Origin: an uncultured Alphaproteobacteria bacterium
GTDB lineage: Bacteria; Pseudomonadota; Alphaproteobacteria; HIMB59; GCA-002718135
Reading direction: 5' to 3'
DNA length: 51,775 bases
NCBI GenBank assembly: GCA_902512415.1
Contig: CABXJB010000003.1
Coordinates: 1-51,775, forward strand
Both the position numbers and the translations under genes were made by a program. Positions 9,903 through 17,535 of this stretch are shown piece after piece. The notes beneath the pieces are model-generated. The model made no database searches. It saw only the letters and a list, made by a program, of their open reading frames with translations, and was not told where the DNA came from. How positions within the stretch are numbered: the stretch's first letter is position 1; each line of letters opens with the position of its first letter.

Positions 9903-11041
9903 TGAATAAAGTTTCTCTTAGATCAATATTATCTCAGCTTTTATTATTATTATTTGTAATCATCTGGATACTCCCTACTTTTGGTCTTTTTATAAGTTCC
10001 CTAAGAGACAAAGATCTACTGGCAATCAGTGGATGGTGGAGCGCCCTTACAACTACAAATGTTAATGAAATTTATAGAATGCAGGGAATGGATGAGCAAA
10101 ATCAAGCAGATAATTATTTTATAATTACAGATAATTTATTTAAAAAAAATTCAGGTAAAAAAATAGAAACTTTTGGAATAACTTCAAAAAAAATTAATGA
10201 ATTTAAAGTTGGAGAAGTTGCTATCTTTAAAGACAAAAGTACAGTTACTGTAAATGAGGATGGTTTATATATCTGGAAATCTGAAAATGAATTTACAAAG
10301 AAAAAAGGTAAAAGGCTTTTTATTACAGCTTCAAGTCCGCCTTCATTTACATTTGATAACTATAAAGAAGTTTTGTTTCAAGAAGGTATAGGTCAAGCTT
10401 TTGTAAATACAATAGCAGTTGCTTTGCCATCAACCTTAATACCTTTAATCATTTGCTCTTATTTTGCTTATGCACTTACATGGATGCAATTTTTTGGAAG
10501 AGATACCTTACTTGCAATCATAATTGCATCTCTAGTAGTTCCTCTTCAAATGTCTCTAATACCAATATTGACAATTTATAATGATTTTGGGGCACTCTTT
10601 GGAGTCGCTGCAAAATCTTATCCTGGTGTGTGGATGGCCCATACAGGTTTTGGTTTGGCCTCAACAACATTTCTCTTGAGAAATTTTATAAAATCTCTTC
10701 CAAATGAAATGATGGAAGCTGCAAAAGTTGATGGCGCCTCACATTATGATATTTTTCTTCGTATTATAATACCTCTATCTATACCTGCTTTCGCTTCAAT
10801 TTTTATTTTACAATTTCTTTGGTGCTGGAATGATTTATTGGTAGGATTAGTTTTTTTAGACCAAGTACCTAGTGAAATAATTTTAACAGCCAAATTAAAA
10901 GAATTGCTTGGTTCTAGAGGGGAAAATTGGGAAATTTTAACAACTGGTGCTTTTGTATCCATGACGGTTCCATTATTCATATTCTTTGCATTACAAAGAT
11001 ATTTTATAAGAGGTTTAGTTGCAGGCTCAGTCAAAGGTTAA
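9902..11041 (+). CDS. aglG: Alpha-glucoside ABC transporter permease (MalG-type)
   Basis: SSLRDKDLLAISGWW, EAAKVDGA, FQ-like FLWCWNDLLV, and C-terminal RGLVAGSVKG. Confidence 0.88.
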   Translation: MNKVSLRSILSQLLLLLFVIIWILPTFGLFISSLRDKDLLAISGWWSALTTTNVNEIYRMQGMDEQNQADNYFIITDNLFKKNSGKKIETFGITSKKINEFKVGEVAIFKDKSTVTVNEDGLYIWKSENEFTKKKGKRLFITASSPPSFTFDNYKEVLFQEGIGQAFVNTIAVALPSTLIPLIICSYFAYALTWMQFFGRDTLLAIIIASLVVPLQMSLIPILTIYNDFGALFGVAAKSYPGVWMAHTGFGLASTTFLLRNFIKSLPNEMMEAAKVDGASHYDIFLRIIIPLSIPAFASIFILQFLWCWNDLLVGLVFLDQVPSEIILTAKLKELLGSRGENWEILTTGAFVSMTVPLFIFFALQRYFIRGLVAGSVKG

Positions 11042-11090
11042 AACAAGATATAATACTAGATTTTTCAACCAATATTGATATAAATTTAGC

Positions 11091-11111
11091 ATTGAATTAT
11101 GGTAATTCAAT
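11091..11111. promoter_or_regulatory. Palindromic putative operator upstream of the ABC ATPase gene
   Basis: ATTGAATTA-tgg-TAATTCAAT, a 9-bp perfect inverted repeat in the 100-bp aglG-aglK gap. Confidence 0.5.
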
Positions 11112-11141
11112 CACTTGTAAGATCGCTCAAAGGAGGATGAA

Positions 11142-12221
11142 GTGGCAGATATAAATATAAATACAGTTAATAAATATTATGGAGATGTTCACGTTATTAA
11201 AGACGTATCTCTAGATATTAAAAGTCAATCATTTACAGTTTTAGTTGGACCATCTGGTTGCGGTAAATCAACAATGTTAAGAATGATTGCGGGATTAGAA
11301 GATATTAATTCTGGAACTATTTCAATTGATGGTCAGGTTGTAAATGACTTACCGCCAAAACAAAGAAATATTGCTATGGTTTTTCAATCCTATGCTTTGT
11401 ATCCACATATGACAGTTTTTGATAATATGGCATTCGGACTTAAGCTAGAGAAAAGATCAAAAGATGAAATTAATGAACGTGTGCAAGAAGCGGCAAGAAT
11501 ACTTCAAATTGAAGATTACCTACATAGAAAACCTAAACAATTATCTGGCGGACAAAGACAAAGGGTTGCAATAGGTAGGGCTATAACTCGTAAACCAAAA
11601 GTGTTCTTATTTGATGAACCTTTATCAAATCTAGATGCTGCACTTCGTGTACAAATGCGTGTTGAGTTAGCAAAACTTCATGATCAACTTAATGCAACAA
11701 TGATTTATGTAACTCATGATCAAACAGAAGCAATGACACTCGCAAATGATATTGTCGTTCTGGATGAGGGTATAGTTTCACAAAACGGATCACCTATGGA
11801 TCTATACCATGATCCAAATAATCTATTTGTAGGGGGATTTATTGGTTCTCCTAAAATGAATTTTATCTCTACTAAAATTACAAGCAAAAGTAGTGATAAA
11901 ACAGAAGTAGATTTAATGGGATCTGCAAAAATCAGTATTCCAAAAACTTCAGCATCAGCCTCTGAAGGTGATGCGGTACAACTAGGTATTCGACCTGAGC
12001 ATCTAACTGTTAATGCGGATAGTGATGGAAGTTGGGAGAGTAAGGTGTTTGTTGTGGAAAAATTAGGATCAGGAACTTTCCTTTATCTTGAAAAAGAAGG
12101 TGAACCTCTGGTTGTTGAAACTGAGGGTGATTCAAATATTAAAGTTGGAGATACTGTAAAAGTTGGTTTTTCAGCTTCTCATTGTCATTTATTTGATAGC
12201 TCACAACAAGCTTTTAAGTAA
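11142..12221 (+). CDS. aglK: Sugar ABC transporter ATP-binding protein (MalK/AglK/MsiK family)
   Basis: GPSGCGKST, VFQSYALYPHM, LSGGQRQR, DEPLSNLD and TOBE tail GIRPEH. GTG start with AGGAGG SD. Confidence 0.92.
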   Translation: MADININTVNKYYGDVHVIKDVSLDIKSQSFTVLVGPSGCGKSTMLRMIAGLEDINSGTISIDGQVVNDLPPKQRNIAMVFQSYALYPHMTVFDNMAFGLKLEKRSKDEINERVQEAARILQIEDYLHRKPKQLSGGQRQRVAIGRAITRKPKVFLFDEPLSNLDAALRVQMRVELAKLHDQLNATMIYVTHDQTEAMTLANDIVVLDEGIVSQNGSPMDLYHDPNNLFVGGFIGSPKMNFISTKITSKSSDKTEVDLMGSAKISIPKTSASASEGDAVQLGIRPEHLTVNADSDGSWESKVFVVEKLGSGTFLYLEKEGEPLVVETEGDSNIKVGDTVKVGFSASHCHLFDSSQQAFK

Positions 12222-12238
12222 TAGAATCGTTTATTATC

Positions 12239-12264
12239 AATGCCCCCTAAATAAGGGGCATTTT
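12239..12264 (+). terminator. Rho-independent terminator after aglK
   Basis: AATGCCCC...GGGGCATT hairpin followed by Ts. Confidence 0.75.
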
Positions 12265-12319
12265 CCAAAGCGTTTCGGCCATTTATAGTCATAAGTTATA
12301 AATGATTTATAATAATATT

Positions 12320-12421
12320 AGAGCAGAGAGTTTCATATTATTTCCTCCTATAAGAAGTATTCCTCTTGTAAACTTCTCTGCTCTTGTAAGAAGAGAAGAT
12401 CGTGCACGAGGAATGCTTTTT
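12320..12421 (+). ncRNA. Candidate ~100-nt small RNA with anti-SD segments
   Basis: TATAAT at 12308-12313, long 3' hairpin 12355-12418 with two G-U pairs followed by Ts, alternative stem 12320-12333/12370-12384, and UUUCCUCCU at 12341-12349. Confidence 0.5.
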
Positions 12422-13571
12422 ATAATGGCTTAGTATCTGTCCAGTTTTTTGTGTTTTGCATTGATAAATAAGGATTAAGCTCTTCCATTACCTTCTCAGA
12501 TAATTTTCTATATGTTGTGAGCTTGCCTCCATATATGTTTAGCAAGGGTGAGTTTTTATCTTGAAGATTTAAATCAAACACATAGTCTCTCGTAACTTTT
12601 GATGCATCTCTAAAATCTTCAATTAAAGGTCTAATGCCTGAATATGTATCCACAATATCTTCTTTTGAAATTTGCTTAATAAAATGATGATTAATTGTGT
12701 TGATCAAATATATTTTTTCTTCATTAGAAATTAAAGGATTATCAGGAGTGTTTACATCCACTTCAGTGGTGCCAATAAGGGAATATTCATTCTTATAAGG
12801 AATGATAAAAACTATTCTATTATCATCATTTTGTAAAGTGAATGCTATTTCCTCATTATATAATTTTTTAGTAATTATATGACTGCCCCTAACCAATCTT
12901 ATGGATTTATTTGCATTAACCTCAATTACATTATTAACTATTTCATTAATCCAAGGACCAGCAGCATTAATTAAAATTTTAGATTTTATTGTTTCATTAT
13001 TATCTAGGGTAATTTCCCAACCTTCTTCTAATCTTTTAGCATTAATTACTTTTCTGTTCTCCACAATATTGGCGCCCATTTTTTTTGCATCATCAATATT
13101 CATCTCAACTAATTTCTTATCATCAACCTGTACATCGTAATATTGGAAGCCAACCGTAAATTGAGATTTTAAAATATTTGAATATTTTTTATTTAAATTA
13201 ATTTTTGATGATTTTGGAATTTTTGTTTTACCTCCGAGATTGTCATACAAAAACAAACCTAATCTGATCAATAATTTCGATCTTAATTTTTTTGTATACG
13301 GTATTACGAAAGGTAAAGGTTGTGTAATAGCTGGTGCAATTTTTGTAATAACTTCACGTTCTTTTAATGACTCTCTAACCAATTTAAACTCATAGTTCTC
13401 AAGATATCTTAAGCCACCATGAATTAATTTTGAAGACCATGATGAAGTAGCTGAACCAACCGTGCCCTTTTCTGCTAGAAAAACTTTTAACCCTCTACCC
13501 GAAGCATCTCTAGCAATGCCGGCTCCATTAATTCCTCCGCCAATTATAAATATATCAAATATTTGATTCAC
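12420..13571 (-). CDS. glpD: FAD-dependent glycerol-3-phosphate dehydrogenase (lacks C-terminal domain)
   Basis: GGGINGAGIARDA, SSKLIHGGLRYLE, SGIRPL and GGKLTTYR. Only 383 aa. Confidence 0.88.
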   Translation of the reverse strand: MNQIFDIFIIGGGINGAGIARDASGRGLKVFLAEKGTVGSATSSWSSKLIHGGLRYLENYEFKLVRESLKEREVITKIAPAITQPLPFVIPYTKKLRSKLLIRLGLFLYDNLGGKTKIPKSSKINLNKKYSNILKSQFTVGFQYYDVQVDDKKLVEMNIDDAKKMGANIVENRKVINAKRLEEGWEITLDNNETIKSKILINAAGPWINEIVNNVIEVNANKSIRLVRGSHIITKKLYNEEIAFTLQNDDNRIVFIIPYKNEYSLIGTTEVDVNTPDNPLISNEEKIYLINTINHHFIKQISKEDIVDTYSGIRPLIEDFRDASKVTRDYVFDLNLQDKNSPLLNIYGGKLTTYRKLSEKVMEELNPYLSMQNTKNWTDTKPL

Positions 13572-13577
13572 TAATTT

Positions 13578-14168
13578 TCATATAAACTTATCTACCTCTA
13601 ATTCAATTTTATTTGGATCTACTAAATGGATAGTGTTTAAATGTATGATTTTTGCCGCCTCAATATTTTCTAACTTATCATCGATAAAAACAGTTTTCTG
13701 TGGCATTAAATTAAAACGATTAATTGCAAGTTCATAAATGGCCATATCTGGCTTCATTAATTTATCTTCCCCAGAAATAAGGAGTCCATCAAATAATTTT
13801 AAAAAAGGATAGTCATCAATCATTCCTGCAAAGGTTTCAGCAGACCAATTGGATAAAACATAACATTCATAATTTTGTTTTTTTAGTTTTTCTAAAACGT
13901 TAATCGATAGATTAAATATCCCTCTGATCATTTTACGATGATTCATGTAATACATTTTAATTTCTCTCTCATAATGAGGAAATTTAGGTATTAATTCAGA
14001 CTCAGCCTCTTCAATAGTTCTTCCCGCATCCTGCTTGATATTCCATTCATCACTACAAACTTCAGTTAAAAAGTATTTACTTTCATCTTCTGTATCAAAA
14101 ATATCCTTATAAAAATGATGAGGATCCCAATCAAAAAATACACCACCTAGATCAAAAAGAAATTTCAT
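13578..14168 (-). CDS. HAD family phosphatase/hydrolase
   Basis: FDLGGV, LSNW, KP and FIDD motifs. Start moved to ATG 14168. Confidence 0.88.
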   Translation of the reverse strand: MKFLFDLGGVFFDWDPHHFYKDIFDTEDESKYFLTEVCSDEWNIKQDAGRTIEEAESELIPKFPHYEREIKMYYMNHRKMIRGIFNLSINVLEKLKKQNYECYVLSNWSAETFAGMIDDYPFLKLFDGLLISGEDKLMKPDMAIYELAINRFNLMPQKTVFIDDKLENIEAAKIIHLNTIHLVDPNKIELEVDKFI

Positions 14169-14218
14169 ATAAATAAATTTATTGTATAAATTAATAATTA
14201 CCAAAATTCATTATATTT

Positions 14219-15094
14219 ATGAAAATTGACATGATTACTTTTATTCAAGAAAAATTAATAATACTAACAAGCAAAAAATATTCAAAAAAATATATTTCGC
14301 AATACATTGTTCCAATAATCAACAATATATATTACTCAAAGGATAATAAATTCATCATCGCTGGACCTCAGGGCTCAGGTAAATCTACATTAGCTAAATT
14401 ATTTAAATTAGTTATCGAAAAATTTTATAAAAAAAAAGTCATGTTGCTCAGTATTGATGATTATTATTTAAGTAAAAGTCAAAGATTAATTTTATCAAAA
14501 AAAATACACCCACTTCTTCTTACACGTGGTGTACCAGGTACACATGATATCAAAGCATTAAAAGATCATGTAAATAAATTTAAAAATCAAAATTTTCCAA
14601 TTAACAGTCCCACTTTCAATAAATTAAAAGATGATATTAATAATAAAAGAAATATTTTTAATAATTCTGAGATATTATTATTGGAGGGTTGGTGTTGTGG
14701 TTCTAAGCCTATTACGAATCAATATCTTTTCAAAAATATCAATAGTTTAGAAAATACCTTTGATAAAAATAACAACTGGAGGAAATATTATAACTTTCTT
14801 CTACGAAATGAATATAAAAGTGTTTTTTCTTTGTTTGATAAGCAAATATATATTCAAGCACCTTCTTTTAAATATGTTCTAAAATGGAGATATCATCAAG
14901 AAAAGCGAAGTGCTTCTAAATCTAATAATAAAAATTTTATGAACATATCAGACTTACAAAAATTTATTCAACATTATGAAAAGTTAACAAAATGGATGAT
15001 CCAAACTATGCCAGCAAAATCAGATATTGTAATTAAGTTAGATAGTAATCAGAAAATAAAAAAGTTATTATTTAAGGTTGATAAATATCATTAA
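14219..15094 (+). CDS. P-loop kinase, D-glycerate 3-kinase (GLYK)-like
   Basis: GPQGSGKST, LSIDDYY, TRGVPGTHD, LEGWCCG and WRYHQE. Confidence 0.75.
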   Translation: MKIDMITFIQEKLIILTSKKYSKKYISQYIVPIINNIYYSKDNKFIIAGPQGSGKSTLAKLFKLVIEKFYKKKVMLLSIDDYYLSKSQRLILSKKIHPLLLTRGVPGTHDIKALKDHVNKFKNQNFPINSPTFNKLKDDINNKRNIFNNSEILLLEGWCCGSKPITNQYLFKNINSLENTFDKNNNWRKYYNFLLRNEYKSVFSLFDKQIYIQAPSFKYVLKWRYHQEKRSASKSNNKNFMNISDLQKFIQHYEKLTKWMIQTMPAKSDIVIKLDSNQKIKKLLFKVDKYH

Positions 15095-15095
15095 A

Positions 15096-15554
15096 CTAAA
15101 AAAATATCCATTTTTTTACAGCTTGGACATATCTTTCATATTCATCTCCAAATTTTTCCTTCAAGTAACTCTCTTCAATAGGAATGACATTATGATTAAT
15201 CCAAATAAATAAACCTATAGCGCTTAAAAAATATGCCACATTTTCGAAAGTCAAAAACATACTAAAGTGAAAAGAAATAAAAGCTAAATACATAGGGTTT
15301 CTGCAATACGCAAAAATTCCTGTTTTTATTAGACGTTTCGTATTGGATTGAGGTGTAGGATTTTCTTTGTATGAATTAAACATGCTGAAAGAGGAAAAAA
15401 ATAAAACTAAACTTAATATTAGGACAATAATACCTATTAAATTGAGCAAGTTAAATAGTGGATAATGAGGAATAAAGAACTCACCCACAACGTAAGAAAT
15501 AACCAATAATAAGACAGATATTCTAAGAGGATTTCCTTTAACTGCTGGTCCCAT
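15096..15554 (-). CDS. ICMT/PEMT family membrane methyltransferase
   Basis: LIKTGIFAYCRNPMY and EESYLKEKFGDEYERY motifs. Confidence 0.85.
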   Translation of the reverse strand: MGPAVKGNPLRISVLLLVISYVVGEFFIPHYPLFNLLNLIGIIVLILSLVLFFSSFSMFNSYKENPTPQSNTKRLIKTGIFAYCRNPMYLAFISFHFSMFLTFENVAYFLSAIGLFIWINHNVIPIEESYLKEKFGDEYERYVQAVKKWIFF

Positions 15555-15555
15555 T

Positions 15556-16215
15556 TTAATTTCTTTTAATGATTTCTAATATTTTTTTATAGTTATTTGT
15601 AACAGTAAATGCCCCAGCATCAAGCAGTTCTTTATCATCCCTATTCTCATGCCAATGCCCTCCTGCTGTAAGACCTATTACCTTAACACCAGCACTGACT
15701 CCTGCCTTAACCCCTACTACACTATCTTCTATAATTATAGTTTCAGTTTTATTAAGATTATTATCTTCAATAGCTTTTAAATAAATATCAGGTTCAGGCT
15801 TAGGTTTTTCAACTAGATCAAATGAATACACTTGCTCAGTTTTAAAGTATTTACTTAATTCCACTCTCTCTAGTCCGTCTATTATTCTATCTTTCATGCT
15901 ATTAGATCCAATGTATAAATTAAGTTTTGCTTTACTTACAAAGTCATAAGCGCCTGCAACAGTAGTTAATTCTTTCTTATAAATATTTGAAGCAATCTCC
16001 ATAATATCAGTAAAAAATTTTTGCTGATCTTTAATTGAATATTTTTGTGATAAAATATCTATGACTTGGACTGTTTTTTTTCCCGCAAAATTGGCAAATT
16101 CTTTTTCATCTATTTCTATGCCAAAATTTTGCATATATTTAGCAAAAGCTTTAGCTACCAAAATTTCACTATCTACAAGCACTCCATCAAAATCAAAAAT
16201 TATATTTTTAATCAT
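15556..16215 (-). CDS. HAD-IA family hydrolase (beta-PGM/phosphatase-like)
   Basis: FDFDGVLVDSE, KPEPDIY and IEDS motifs. Confidence 0.9.
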   Translation of the reverse strand: MIKNIIFDFDGVLVDSEILVAKAFAKYMQNFGIEIDEKEFANFAGKKTVQVIDILSQKYSIKDQQKFFTDIMEIASNIYKKELTTVAGAYDFVSKAKLNLYIGSNSMKDRIIDGLERVELSKYFKTEQVYSFDLVEKPKPEPDIYLKAIEDNNLNKTETIIIEDSVVGVKAGVSAGVKVIGLTAGGHWHENRDDKELLDAGAFTVTNNYKKILEIIKRN

Positions 16216-16249
16216 AAATGAGTATAGTTTTTATAGTTTTTTTTTAGAT

Positions 16250-16362
16250 TTGGACGTTTTTTATTGAAATTTTATAAATTTATAATACCAATTATATAGC
16301 GATACATAACTCGTCGTCATTATACGAAAGTGGGATAGGTCGCCTTCAAATTGGAGGGTAAT
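16250..16362 (+). promoter_or_regulatory. Promoter and structured 5' leader (candidate translational cis-regulatory RNA)
   Basis: TTGGAC-17-TATAAA (16250-16278), a GC-enriched leader with nested stems, and two helices able to occlude the SD GGAGG. Confidence 0.45.
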
Positions 16363-17535
16363 ATGAAAATAGGCTATTTCTGCAATTCAACTAACTGGGG
16401 GAATAAAAAGACTTATAATCAAATCTTAGAAGAAATACGGGAGATTGCAGTATACTGTGATCAAAATGATTGGGACTCAATCTGGTTTACAGAACATCAT
16501 TTTAGTCATGAAGGTATGGAGATTTGCCCTAATCCTATTTTATTAAGTTCTGATATCGCAGCTAGAACTAAAAATATCAGAATCGGTCAAGCCGCATCCA
16601 TAATAACTTTTTGGAACCCAATTCGAGCAGCTGAAGATATAGCTTTGTTAGATCAATTGTCTAATGGTAGAGTTGAGGTAGGAGTTGGTAGAGGTATTTA
16701 TGGAAGAGAAGCATTAAATATGAATGCTGATGCTGATATGAAAGATCAAGCTAAAAATTTTAGATTATTTGAAGAAACTCTTACCATTATTAAAAAAGCT
16801 TGGACTGAAAATTTTTTTAATCATGAAGGAGAATTTTATACTTATCCTGCTCCAAATTTTGAGTGGGATCATGATATGAGTCCACCAAGTACTGAATTTA
16901 TGAACTTAGAAACAAAAATTCTAGAAAAAATTAATGTTGTACCTCAACCAGTTCAAAAACCTCACCCTCCTCTATGGCAAGTAGTAGATAGCCCAAGTTC
17001 AATTGAATGGGCAGCTAAAAATGACATTAGTGTTATTATGTGGATCCCACCTGTTCAATCATTAAAAAAACGTTTTGAAATATATCAACAAGCTAAATCT
17101 GAAAAACAAAAACGCCCTATTGAATTAGGAGATGGTATCAGTGTTGTAAGAGATATGTTTGTCGCTAATAGTATGGAAGAAGCAAAAGAAAAAGCTGGTG
17201 AGCAAATGGTTAATTATATGCGATGGGTTTGTCATTGGAGAGGACTTGGCACTCACATGAATCCAGGTGAAGAACTTCCAAAAACAAATCATAAATTAGA
17301 TTTGCTATCCTATGAATTTTTACATGAAAGAAATATGTTGTTTGGAACTGTTGATTACATCATTAATAAAATTGAAGAAATGCAAAAAGAATTAAATTTG
17401 CAAAATTTAAAAGTTTGGTCAAATTTTCCTGGTGTTAAGCATGAAGATTGTATGAAAAGTATAAAGTTATTTACTGAGAAAATAATCCCTCATTTTAAAA
17501 GCAAAGCAAAAAGTAAGATTAAAGCTGCTTCATAA
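16363..17535 (+). CDS. LLM-class (luciferase-like) flavin-dependent oxidoreductase
   Basis: WFTEHHF, NPIRAAEDIALLDQLSNGRVEVGVGRG and PQPVQKPHPP. Start moved to ATG 16363 after GGAGGG. Confidence 0.92.
   Translation: MKIGYFCNSTNWGNKKTYNQILEEIREIAVYCDQNDWDSIWFTEHHFSHEGMEICPNPILLSSDIAARTKNIRIGQAASIITFWNPIRAAEDIALLDQLSNGRVEVGVGRGIYGREALNMNADADMKDQAKNFRLFEETLTIIKKAWTENFFNHEGEFYTYPAPNFEWDHDMSPPSTEFMNLETKILEKINVVPQPVQKPHPPLWQVVDSPSSIEWAAKNDISVIMWIPPVQSLKKRFEIYQQAKSEKQKRPIELGDGISVVRDMFVANSMEEAKEKAGEQMVNYMRWVCHWRGLGTHMNPGEELPKTNHKLDLLSYEFLHERNMLFGTVDYIINKIEEMQKELNLQNLKVWSNFPGVKHEDCMKSIKLFTEKIIPHFKSKAKSKIKAAS

Noticed and set aside
16299-16343. Resemblance of the leader (AACUCGUC...GGGA) to the THF-II/folE riboswitch, or to SAM-II/SAM-V
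   Set aside because: The CCGUUC/ACGG pairing I recall for THF-II and the SAM-II/V pseudoknot tails are absent, and the gene context is unrelated. Left as unclassified.
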